From Polyangiaceae bacterium (GTDB lineage Bacteria; Myxococcota_A; Polyangia; Polyangiales; Polyangiaceae): a stretch of 64,000 bases of DNA. Under the pieces are notes generated by a model. That model was not told the origin of the DNA and made no database searches. It was given only the letters and a program-made list of their open reading frames with translations. The stretch spans positions 96,001 to 160,000 of the forward strand of contig JANRKO010000043.1 in the NCBI GenBank assembly GCA_033763455.1, given 5' to 3'. This document shows positions 28,237 to 36,989 of the stretch, one piece after another (positions within the stretch are counted from its first letter, which is position 1; the number at the start of each line of letters is the position of its first letter). The position numbers were made by a program, and so were the translations under genes.

Positions 28237-29141
28237 AATTAGTTGAATTTGCACCTATTTCTGCAAGCGTTGGGGCGTGCCTACTCTGGCTTTCCGCCTG
28301 TCACACCGGGGGCTCGTCCTGGACTCAGGAGCCGCTCACTTCTGCGGCCTATTCTGACGAGAGTGCTGGCCTGCCGAGTGCGTCCGATGCGCCACTCAGC
28401 CTTACGGACCAGCACCGTCGGTATGTCGGAGAGCAATATCGAGTCCGCACCATCGGCGGTGAGCTCGAAAACGAGGGGGGCGTGGTTGAACGAAGGGGGC
28501 TCTCGGAGGCTAAAGCCCGTCGTCTGGAGGGGCGCGTCCTCGGAACATTTCGCAACACGTATTACGACTTCCCCAGTGAACGGGACTTCGACGTGCCTGC
28601 CTCGCGCCGCGTCGCGCTTAAAGATACAGAATGTAAGACCATCAGCGACGTGCCCCAGGGCTTTCATGATGCGCTGTGTGTACAAGGCAGCGGTCGTCTG
28701 AGCTCCGGCCTCACCGTGAGCTTCGCCAAGCGGGATTGCGCATGTGCTGGGGTTTGCCCGAGGACCAACCAGCGGATTTGCTATGAAGCGTTGCGGCCAG
28801 AGGCTTTCCCTTGGGGCCGAGGAGCCACCGGTCGCCCCATCACACCCCTGCTCACCGTTGCCGTGGATTCAAGCGTTATCCCGCTAGGAACACCCATTTA
28901 TATCCCTGAATTTGAGGGAGCCCCCCGGGCGTTGGAGGGCAACGCGAAACACGACGGATGCTTCATCGCACAAGACCGTGGTGTGCGAGTGATTGGCAAT
29001 CACGTCGATGTGTTCACCGGGGAACCCGCGCTCACGAAGCTCTACAACGCACTCGTTCCAAGTAATCAAGGCGTTACCATGGTGCTAGATAGTCCTCGTT
29101 GTGGGCGGGTCGAGAACCTTTCCGTGTCACCTGCGCCGTAG
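28233..29141 (+). CDS. 3D-domain (MltA-like) lipoprotein
   Basis: Lipobox LSAC; VAVDSSVIPLGT, AQDRG, HVDVFTG (three Asp). Confidence 0.88.
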   Translation: MKLVEFAPISASVGACLLWLSACHTGGSSWTQEPLTSAAYSDESAGLPSASDAPLSLTDQHRRYVGEQYRVRTIGGELENEGGVVERRGLSEAKARRLEGRVLGTFRNTYYDFPSERDFDVPASRRVALKDTECKTISDVPQGFHDALCVQGSGRLSSGLTVSFAKRDCACAGVCPRTNQRICYEALRPEAFPWGRGATGRPITPLLTVAVDSSVIPLGTPIYIPEFEGAPRALEGNAKHDGCFIAQDRGVRVIGNHVDVFTGEPALTKLYNALVPSNQGVTMVLDSPRCGRVENLSVSPAP

Positions 29142-29242
29142 TCTTTCGTACGGAAGCAAGGTTTGCTGCGCTAGGTTCGAGAACTTGAGCTCGCAAGGCT
29201 TGGGTTTGCGAATCGGGCGTGAGGGGGCGCCGTGCTAACCTT

Positions 29243-30277
29243 CTAAAGAATGCGCGCACCTCTAAGAAAATCTTCCATCGCGCTAAATCCCTCGGCACGG
29301 CCGACCTGCAGCAGGTGTCCGCCGGGAACGCTGTGGAGCGGGGCCTGGAAATGCCGCGCCAAGCGTTGGGCATGCGTGATAGGCGTGATGCGATCCGCGC
29401 GGGCCCCCACAACCAGTGTTTTGCCTTTGGCAATGCAAGGAGTGCGCTCCAGCGGGGAAACTTTGGCATACACGCGTTCGAGCGTTTGGTGTGCTCGCGC
29501 CCTTGCCTCTAGATCTTCGCCGAGCTGGTGTTGCTCCAGCGCAAAGTCCGCGAAAGAAGCCAGCGGCACCCAGGTCACCAGAAAGTCCAATTCAGCCGTG
29601 GTGGTTGCCAAAAGAGAGCTCACGTAAGAGCCCAGGCTCATGCCCGCGACGCCCACTTTCGAGCACCCAGCCTGGCGTAGCCATCTTACAAGATTTCCCA
29701 GGTCAAACACCGCCTGACGGAGCCCTTCAATATTTTCGCGTGGGTGCTTGGTGGGAAAGCCGCGTCGTTCGCCCTTGCCCAAGCGAACCCCGTGAAACGG
29801 GAGAGTGAAAAGCACCACATTGAGCCCGAGCTCGTTCAGTCTTTCGATCGGCCAAATGCGTTGCTCAAGAGCGTATTGGCCGGCAAGATACCCGTGCACG
29901 ATCACAACGGTGGGGCGTGCCGGGGTCAACGTGACTACGCGAGCGGACGCGGTTTGGTTCGCGCTCGAACTCGCCCACATCGCGCTGTGTTGCGGGAAGA
30001 ATGCCGTGTAGTCGCTGTTCCAGCGTAGATCTTTCTGGCCACCACGCACTTCGGTCAAAAGTGGGGAGAGAGCCACGGGTTGAGCGAAGTCAAAATTGTC
30101 CTTTAGCTCCGCCCATTCGTCAGCGAAATCAAAGATCGCCCGCAGGCGTTCGCCGGTGGAATGCCGGGCCCGAAATTTGAGCGTATCCCGGCTTACTGCG
30201 ATGGTAGCGGCGTCGTCTACGGCTCGTGCCGCAGCTCCCAGCAAACGCTGAGTAACGCCCTTCAGTAGCCCCCTCAT
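29243..30277 (-). CDS. Alpha/beta hydrolase
   Basis: VHGY, GMSLG nucleophile elbow, DRIT, GGH; ATGA-coupled to the upstream CPBP gene. Confidence 0.88.
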   Translation of the reverse strand: MRGLLKGVTQRLLGAAARAVDDAATIAVSRDTLKFRARHSTGERLRAIFDFADEWAELKDNFDFAQPVALSPLLTEVRGGQKDLRWNSDYTAFFPQHSAMWASSSANQTASARVVTLTPARPTVVIVHGYLAGQYALEQRIWPIERLNELGLNVVLFTLPFHGVRLGKGERRGFPTKHPRENIEGLRQAVFDLGNLVRWLRQAGCSKVGVAGMSLGSYVSSLLATTTAELDFLVTWVPLASFADFALEQHQLGEDLEARARAHQTLERVYAKVSPLERTPCIAKGKTLVVGARADRITPITHAQRLARHFQAPLHSVPGGHLLQVGRAEGFSAMEDFLRGARIL

Positions 30278-31128
30278 GACACCACCGAATCTGGCGTATT
30301 TTGCCGCAGCAAGCCCACACCACTCGCGACGAAGAGGGCTCCCACCACCAGGATTGGCCACTCAATCGTTCCGTCTTCGGTTGGCGCTTGGTCGCCAAAA
30401 AATGCAAGGGTCAGCACCAGGGCATTGTTCAGGATATGCGCAGCCATGCAGGGGAAGATGGATCCCGTGCTGAGGCGGGCGAAGCCAAAAGCCAAGCCCA
30501 AAATCGCGGTGCCCGCCGCTTGCGCCGGTTCGATGTGCGCCATACCGAACAGCACGCTTGGCAAGATGAGAGCTTCAAGTTTCGAGTAGGTCTGAAGCTT
30601 GTTGGTAATGACACCGCGAAACAGGATCTCTTCGGCGATTCCAGGCAGCACTGCGATACAGAGGAGGAGGCCGAAAAGCTCCGATGGTGAGCTTTGGTGG
30701 GCTACCTTGGCGATAAAGAGCCCATTGGTTATGCTCTGTCCGAGTGCCCGGCGCACCAACTCCTCGAGTGCTCCCCCGATCGGGAGTGCTCCGAGCGACA
30801 ACAGAAAAGTTCCCGCCCACTGTTTGGGAGAGACACGCCGAAGCGGCAAGGATTCCCGAAGGCCGAAACGCCACAGCCAGAGCCCCGCACAGGCTAGCAA
30901 CGTTAACTGAACGGCGGCGGCATTCAGAATCAGCCATTTAGGCTCCAGCGCGAGCGGCGAGCGCGAGAGGTCCTTAAAGGCTTCCGCTGTGACCCCCCTT
31001 TTTGCCAAGAACTGCTGCTCCCAAGCAACCACCAGCCCCGATACACGCACGTTAACGAAGATGGCTGTGAACCAAACCACGATGGCCCACGCACGGGGTG
31101 AGAGCGAGCGGTCGAGCGGTAGGGTCAT
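30274..31128 (-). CDS. CPBP (CAAX/Abi) intramembrane metalloprotease
   Basis: EEILFRG, FGMAH, HILNN; multiple TM helices. Confidence 0.92.
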   Translation of the reverse strand: MTLPLDRSLSPRAWAIVVWFTAIFVNVRVSGLVVAWEQQFLAKRGVTAEAFKDLSRSPLALEPKWLILNAAAVQLTLLACAGLWLWRFGLRESLPLRRVSPKQWAGTFLLSLGALPIGGALEELVRRALGQSITNGLFIAKVAHQSSPSELFGLLLCIAVLPGIAEEILFRGVITNKLQTYSKLEALILPSVLFGMAHIEPAQAAGTAILGLAFGFARLSTGSIFPCMAAHILNNALVLTLAFFGDQAPTEDGTIEWPILVVGALFVASGVGLLRQNTPDSVVS

Positions 31129-31299
31129 GGGTCTTGTTGGAAGGCAGCTGGGCCGCTCCTAGCCAAGAATGTACCCGAGTGCGAGCGGCATTCAGCTGAG
31201 ATTGGAGAAAACACGCTCAATCGCAAAGTTCTGGGTGTTTGCTCGGTCGCGCAAAGCCGTATTGGTTGATCTCTGTCCCGATCACGGCATGATGCGTAC

Positions 31300-32049
31300 G
31301 TGAGGCGGATAAGCTGGCTGTTGGTTGTAAGTGCGGGCTGGTTGCTGGGGTGCGACGAGAAAGCTGCCCCCAAGCCCGAGGCGAATTTGGCAAAAGCTCC
31401 CGTGGCGGAGGAAGTGCCGCAACCTGTGGCCAAGCCCAAAGAGGCACCGGAACTTGCGCTCGACGACATTAGCCCGCGGGTTGGGTATTCGCGTGTGGTG
31501 ATCAAAGAGGATCGCGACCGAGCCAATCTTCGCGCCGAGCTCGAACCCTACCGCGAGTTTTTGGCCGGCAAAGAAGTGCCCCTCACGGTAGATCGAAAGT
31601 CGAGCATCAAGCTCGTAGGGCTCTACCTGGACGAGCTTGGCGAATTGGGAGTTACGGCGGTGCGTTTGCGCACAGAAACGCGCAAAGAGTACCCTGCGGA
31701 TTTGCGGTTTGTTCCACGCAAGCGTGCGCAGGCTCCGACCGCGTGCGCTACGGTTGCTGTCATTTTGGAAGATCGCGGCACGGCGGTTTGGAAAGTTTCC
31801 GGAGGCACAGCCACCAAACACGCGCATGGCCTCGGTGGGCCCGACCTCAGTACCACCAGTGCCTCGCTGGAACGCTTCCTCAAAGGCTGCAAACAAGATC
31901 GGCGCTTGTATGTAGCGGCGCCTGAGGTGATAGGGTGGGGGCTGCTGTTTGATTTGGCGGCTTCGGCCCAGGTAATTCCAGATGCTCGGCCCGAAGCAAC
32001 CACTCTGCTTTTGCAGGTGCCGGTGGCGGGTCGCAAGGTGGAATTGTAA
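31300..32049 (+). CDS. Lipoprotein with possible tandem ExbD/TolR-periplasmic-like domains
   Basis: Lipobox LLGC; VPLTVDRKS...LDELGELGVTAVRL and LYVAAPEVIGWGLLFDLA. Confidence 0.6.
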   Translation: MRRISWLLVVSAGWLLGCDEKAAPKPEANLAKAPVAEEVPQPVAKPKEAPELALDDISPRVGYSRVVIKEDRDRANLRAELEPYREFLAGKEVPLTVDRKSSIKLVGLYLDELGELGVTAVRLRTETRKEYPADLRFVPRKRAQAPTACATVAVILEDRGTAVWKVSGGTATKHAHGLGGPDLSTTSASLERFLKGCKQDRRLYVAAPEVIGWGLLFDLAASAQVIPDARPEATTLLLQVPVAGRKVEL

Positions 32050-32089
32050 TAAGGGTGCGTTCCATACCACTTGGGATTGAGCGATTTAG

Positions 32090-32332
32090 GGGTGCCCCCA
32101 CTCGCCTCGCGAGCGCTGAGCGCTCCGCTCGTGCGTTCTCCCCCGTACCTCCGCTGGCGCTTCGGTGGGGGAGAGGGAGTGGCAGAGTCGCGCCCCGGGT
32201 ACGGTGCCCGATGGGCCACTGATCCGGTGGCATAGATGTTGAAGTGGATTCCAAGGGGCCGCTGGATGTTGATCCAGCTCCGCGCCGGCGCAAGGGCAAG
32301 AAACATTGAGGGGTTGAGGCCGGCGCGGAGCT
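32090..32332. repeat. Cluster of short GC-rich palindromes (REP-like)
   Basis: GAGCGCtgaGCGCTC 32111-32125; TCTCCCCC/GGGGGAGA 32137-32174; GCTGGATgttgATCCAGC 32261-32278; 14-bp perfect IR 32276-32289/32319-32332. Confidence 0.6.
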
Positions 32333-32413
32333 CGATTTTCTGAGGCGAGGCGCGTGCGAGGGCGCAGCTGTTAAAGGATAGGCAAAGCTTCGCCTCGCCA
32401 CAGAAAATCGAGC
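32330..32413. repeat. Inverted repeat A (23-bp arms, 1 mismatch, 38-nt spacer)
   Basis: GCTCGATTTTCTGAGGCGAGGCG (32330-32352) / CGCCTCGCCACAGAAAATCGAGC (32391-32413). Confidence 0.9.
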
Positions 32414-32475
32414 CCGTTTGAAGAGCGCAAGCGCTGATAGTAAAACCAATCGTGCCCTGTGGGCCTTCGGCACGC

Positions 32476-32876
32476 TCAACTTTCGCCAACCACCAAGTCT
32501 TGTTCCGCCCAGTAGATGCAAACGGGCTGATACCCGCGGCCTCCCTTGTAGTGCGCACGCGTTTCCCGCTTGTGACTTTCTTGAATCGTTGCGTCGTGGT
32601 CCAAAGGTGGCCCGAATGCCACGGCCCTGTGCCGCCACGGCATGTACCAACGTCTGATTGACGCGCGCCAGCACCAAGGCCTCTATCCTCGCTACGTCAC
32701 CGAAGCCCGCATTTGTCTGTCCTACGGTGATGTGCTTCCGAATAGCCTCAGGCAACCCGAGTGAGTGCATGGCCTCGATGACCAGAGGCAGCCCCGCTTG
32801 CGCTGTGGTGTTCCCGAACTGTCGGTAACTTCCACCTGAAACGGGAGAATTCTTGTGGTCGTAGTCTGTCAGTCAC
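32476..32876 (-). pseudogene. IS1380-family transposase remnant (frameshifted, internally deleted, truncated)
   Basis: Pieces in different frames: ILPFQVEVTD / TTAQAGLPLVIEAMHSLGLPEAIRKH...IEALVL / LDHDATIQESHKRETRAHYKGGRGYQPVCIYWAEQDLVV. Confidence 0.8.
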
Positions 32877-32930
32877 CCTCGTAGATTAACTACTTGCAGG
32901 TGTCCACCATTCCCGTAAATCTCCAATCGG

Positions 32931-33013
32931 GCTCGTTTTTGGGATTGGGCATCTACAGGTAGTCGCCGCGCTGTTTCACCCCCCGTTGTTTCGCCCCAAT
33001 CCCAAAAACGAGC
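32931..33013. repeat. Inverted repeat B (19-bp perfect arms, 45-nt spacer)
   Basis: GCTCGTTTTTGGGATTGGG (32931-32949) / CCCAATCCCAAAAACGAGC (32995-33013). Confidence 0.92.
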
Positions 33014-33248
33014 TGCCGCGCTGCCCGAGACCTTTCAGGTTGCACCCGTTCCCGTTGCAGCGCGGAGCTGCCAGGCACACGCCCCGCCCGCGGCTCCCGC
33101 GCCGGGAGACGCTTGGCGAGGGGCAAGCTGCCGCGACGCGGCAGCGGGGGAGGGCACTCAACCACTTCGGTGACGTACCTCACTCAACAACAACGGAGCA
33201 ATTGCGATCACTTACGCATGCCGGTCACGGCTTACCGCTGGATCACGC

Positions 33249-34745
33249 TTAGCGGCGCTGGCGCAGTTCCAGGAACTGTACGATGAGCGCCTCGATGTCC
33301 TGCACCTGAAACGGCTTTTCCAGGGTGAGCCCCGGAAAATCTTCCAGGAACTTGACCGTCGTCGGCGTGAAAGCCCCGCCCGTCATCAACACAAACCGTG
33401 ATAGAAGTTCCGGTGCAAGTCGCTTGAGGCCTGTGAACACGGCCTGCCCCGTTTCTTCGGGCATCATGAGATCGCACAGGATTAGATCGAAATCCCGGTC
33501 GCGTTCGAGCAACGCAAGCGCTGCTTTAGCACTCGTGACGGCCTGCACGTCGTGATCCCCGCGAAATGCTAACTGCAGCGTTTCCGCAAGTAGCGCTTCG
33601 TCATCAATGAACAGTACTCGAGCCGAGCGGCTTCGTACGGCCGATGTGGAACTTGCTCGGCCCGCTTCGTTCGATGGAGCCAGCGGGAGATCCAACTCGA
33701 AGCAACGTTCAGTACCCTCCGCGCGCTGAAGAATTCGGAAGTGCCCGCCCGTGGAAACAATAGCTTCCCGCGCAAATTGGAGCCGACTTTCGTCCACACT
33801 TCCCCAAGCGTGCGCACTTGTGCTCCCTCCTTCGTTCACGATCTCCACGCTTGCCGTAGTAGCGTGGCGTTTCACCGAAAGCGCCAGCGTGGTAGCCCCC
33901 GCCTGCCGATAGTCCGCAGCGGCAACGGCCAATAGCTCTGCCAGGGCGCGGGTGAGCACGTGTTGATCGCCTACCACTTCCGGTGAGGCCCCATAACGCT
34001 TAATCACGTGCACTGCGTGCCTTACTTCATTCCAAGCTAACAGCAGTGCGTGATCCAGGACTTGGGTGAGCTCGGCAGCTCGGGGCCAAGGGTTTTCCCT
34101 AGCCGTGTCGGTCGACATTTTTCTTGCAATGCTTCGCATGCGGGACGCCCCTTCGTGAGCGTTCTTAACATATCCGGCAAGATCTGAAAGAGGCTCTTCC
34201 AGATCTTCCGGTGGGAGCTCCTCCAGTTTCTTCAACGCCACGTCGAGGTTCACCAACGTAAAGGTTAGGGGGTTGGAGAGCTCGTGCAGGAGACTAGCGA
34301 CTACGTTATCCACAGGGTGCCGAGGGTTCTCGGCAGAAGTCGTGACACTAGGGCCTAGGAGTACGTAGCGGTCGCCCGCCAGGTCGACAACTCGAAATGG
34401 TAGCCTGATGCCGGATTCCGAACTGAGGAAAATCGGTTGGCCGGACACTGCCCCCTGTCGCAGATTCGTGATTTGAAGCTCCGCATGCGGATCCGCAGAG
34501 AGTGCGCTTAGCAACTCAGCTCCCACCAACTCAAGCGCCGCTTTGCCAAGCATGGCCTCCGCGGTTCGGTTGGCGTAACGAATGCGCCCCTGCGCGTCCG
34601 TCGTCAATGCCGCTGTGTTCAACATTTCGAGTAGTACTCGTTCCCGCTCGTCGTCCACGCTGGTGGTTGCCCTCTCACGCCCGTGGGCCCGGCAAAGTTC
34701 ACCGGCGGGCGCCCCACCTTTTCCACCGGGGCCGACTAAAGGCAA
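33249..34745 (-). CDS. Hybrid PAS-HisKA-(degenerate HATPase)-receiver protein
   Basis: PAS TDAQGRIRYAN, H-box LHELSNPL, intact REC IDDE/CDLMMP/MTG/KPF; N, G1 and G2 boxes absent. Start uncertain. Confidence 0.85.
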   Translation of the reverse strand: MPLVGPGGKGGAPAGELCRAHGRERATTSVDDERERVLLEMLNTAALTTDAQGRIRYANRTAEAMLGKAALELVGAELLSALSADPHAELQITNLRQGAVSGQPIFLSSESGIRLPFRVVDLAGDRYVLLGPSVTTSAENPRHPVDNVVASLLHELSNPLTFTLVNLDVALKKLEELPPEDLEEPLSDLAGYVKNAHEGASRMRSIARKMSTDTARENPWPRAAELTQVLDHALLLAWNEVRHAVHVIKRYGASPEVVGDQHVLTRALAELLAVAAADYRQAGATTLALSVKRHATTASVEIVNEGGSTSAHAWGSVDESRLQFAREAIVSTGGHFRILQRAEGTERCFELDLPLAPSNEAGRASSTSAVRSRSARVLFIDDEALLAETLQLAFRGDHDVQAVTSAKAALALLERDRDFDLILCDLMMPEETGQAVFTGLKRLAPELLSRFVLMTGGAFTPTTVKFLEDFPGLTLEKPFQVQDIEALIVQFLELRQRR

Positions 34746-34829
34746 GGGCAGAAAACAGGCCTTTGGCCGCCCCGCGCGCTGGCCGGTTCAGTATTTTCTC
34801 AGTAATTCAGGTAACGTAGGCTGTTGACT

Positions 34830-36950
34830 ATGGCGCTTGCAGCAGCCACCCCCTCACGTTTATTGGGCAGTTACCAGCTCATTGTGGAGCTTGGAAAATC
34901 CCACCTTGGAGCCCTCTGGGCTGCACGGGGCCCTGGGGAAGCGCTGTTCAATCTCCGCAGGCTTCCCACGGCCGGGCTTGAGCCTGCGGTGCTCAAGCGA
35001 GTGCTCGAAGCCGCACGCCGTGGCTCGCAATTTACCCATCCGAACGTCGCCAAAGTGCACGAGGCGCTTGAAGTTGGGGCGGAGCTTTTGGTTTCGACCC
35101 AGCTTGCTCATGGCGAGTTGCTGAGATCGATGCTGCGGCTTTCAAACTTCCTAAGGAAGCCGTTCCCGGAGGCGGTTGCGTTGAGCATCGCCCAAGATCT
35201 GTTGAGCGCACTAGCCTACGGCGAAGCGCACGGCATGCGCGCCCCGTTTGGCCTGAACCCGGACACCGTCATGGTGGAGCAGAGCGGGCTCACGCTGTTT
35301 TTGGATCCGTGCTTAGCGGGCCAACTGCAGCTCGAAGGGATTGGGAGTGACTCGGCGGATGCGGCAGCTTACCAGTCCGTGGAATCGGCGCGTGGGCAAT
35401 TGGGTCCTGCGGGGGACGTTTTTAGCGTGGGCGTCCTTCTGTGGGAGATGTTGATGGGGGGGCGGCGTCTGTTTGCTGGGGCGAATCGGCAAGCGGTGGT
35501 GGCTCGCATGGAGTCGCTCGATATTGCCGAGTTGAGCGGTTTCAAGCTACCCGGGGGCAAACAGGTATCTGCACAGGTTTCGGCGTTGGTGTTGCGGGCC
35601 CTTTCGCGAGATGCGGAAAAACGCTTCCCGTCCTATCAGGAAATGAGCGCCGCCATCGCCGCGACTCAGATCCCGCAGGGGCCTGCCGACGTGCGCGATT
35701 TTCTGAAGGAGCTTGCGGGTACGGCGCTTGCTGCAAGAGAAAAGCTGATCGGTCGCGGTGGGGTCGATGGTAAAAGCCATTCGCCGGCTCCACCGAGCGT
35801 TCTACCCCAAGTGGTTACGCAGCCTAAAGTCGCATTGCTGAGTACTGCTCCCGCCACACCGCCGCCCGGACCTGCATCACCGGCAGTCTCCGCATCCGCA
35901 CCAATATCGCGTGCGCCGGGCCTTGGCCCACCGCCGATAAATGCCGCCAAACGCAGAACGATCCTTGGCATGGCGCCGCCTAAGCCTGCCGACGTGTTGC
36001 GGGCATCTCAGATGGTTTCACACGCGGAAATCGAGGCCGTCGAACCATCCATTGCTGCTGGGCCTCCCGTGGCGGTTGAACCGACGCCAGCTTCAGAAGG
36101 GGAGATAGCCAGTGAGTTGCTCGATGCACTCGCGAGGGAGCCGTCGTCGTCGGTGGCGTCATCTGAACCGTTTGCCACCCCTCCGCTTGCCGACCTGCCC
36201 CACCGTCGGGAAGAAGAAATAACCAAGACCACGCCGCTTAGCCCAGAGAGGCTCGCGGAGCTCGTAAGCGCCGTTACGCTTCAAGCAGGCGTTGATGCCA
36301 GGGAAAATGAGATCACTTTACCGGGGCCTTTGCCGGGGCCTTTGCCGTCCGAGCACGAGATGCTGGGCTCTTTGGTCCGCGAAGTTCTGAACACCGCGCC
36401 GAACGAAGAGGGGCACACCGAGCAGACGAAGCTGAGTGTTGGGGTGGTGCCCGCTTCTCACGGCGGCGTCGCGCGAAAGTCCCGCCTGTGGCACGCGCTG
36501 GCTGCCGTGTTGGCTTGTTTACTCCTTTTCCTCGGCTGGCGATGGGTTGCTGGCGCCAAGCCTCCGGAGCCACCTCAAGAACCTGTGGTTCAGGCAGCGC
36601 CCGTTGAGCCGAAAGCTATCGAACCGAAAGCTATCGAGCCGAAAGCTATCGAGCCGAAGACACAGCCACAGGTCTCCAACGTTCCTGCGGAGGTTCCTCC
36701 CGCACCCGTCGCGAAGGAGCCCGAACTCCCGCCCGAGCCCGCACCGCCTCTCGCGAAGCCTGTAGCTGCCCATCCGGAATCCCCTTCCGCGAAAGCTCGC
36801 ACCGCGCAGCCTCCCCCTGTGCCCAAGCCGCGAGCAGTTGCTCCTGCTCCACCACCTCGCGCCGCGAAGGCGCCTCCGCCTGTGCGCCGGCCTCCTGCGC
36901 CCGCCGCCAAGCCCGCCAAAAAGACTGGCTTTACTCCTACCGACATTTGA
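34830..36950 (+). CDS. Hanks-type Ser/Thr pseudokinase with TM and Pro-rich tail
   Basis: Kinase scaffold (YQLIVELG, HPNVAKV, DVFSVGVLLWEML, RF) but no catalytic Lys, HRD or DFG; TM LAAVLACLLLFLGW. Confidence 0.85.
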   Translation: MALAAATPSRLLGSYQLIVELGKSHLGALWAARGPGEALFNLRRLPTAGLEPAVLKRVLEAARRGSQFTHPNVAKVHEALEVGAELLVSTQLAHGELLRSMLRLSNFLRKPFPEAVALSIAQDLLSALAYGEAHGMRAPFGLNPDTVMVEQSGLTLFLDPCLAGQLQLEGIGSDSADAAAYQSVESARGQLGPAGDVFSVGVLLWEMLMGGRRLFAGANRQAVVARMESLDIAELSGFKLPGGKQVSAQVSALVLRALSRDAEKRFPSYQEMSAAIAATQIPQGPADVRDFLKELAGTALAAREKLIGRGGVDGKSHSPAPPSVLPQVVTQPKVALLSTAPATPPPGPASPAVSASAPISRAPGLGPPPINAAKRRTILGMAPPKPADVLRASQMVSHAEIEAVEPSIAAGPPVAVEPTPASEGEIASELLDALAREPSSSVASSEPFATPPLADLPHRREEEITKTTPLSPERLAELVSAVTLQAGVDARENEITLPGPLPGPLPSEHEMLGSLVREVLNTAPNEEGHTEQTKLSVGVVPASHGGVARKSRLWHALAAVLACLLLFLGWRWVAGAKPPEPPQEPVVQAAPVEPKAIEPKAIEPKAIEPKTQPQVSNVPAEVPPAPVAKEPELPPEPAPPLAKPVAAHPESPSAKARTAQPPPVPKPRAVAPAPPPRAAKAPPPVRRPPAPAAKPAKKTGFTPTDI
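36606..36658 (+). repeat. 15-bp coding tandem repeat x3.5 (EPKAI)
   Basis: GA(G/A)CCGAAAGCTATC repeated. Confidence 0.9.
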
Positions 36951-36989
36951 TAGTCGCATCGCGAACGAGCTCTTCACGCCCTGTTAAGG

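Noticed and set aside
31623..32770. 311-aa and 296-aa minus-strand ORFs
   Set aside because: Chimeric read-through of the IS1380 remnant, palindromic DNA and the antisense of the lipoprotein gene.
32330..33013. Hairpins as integron attC sites or CRISPR repeats
   Set aside because: No RYYYAAC/GTTRRRY cores, no regular repeat-spacer array, and no intI or cas genes in the window.
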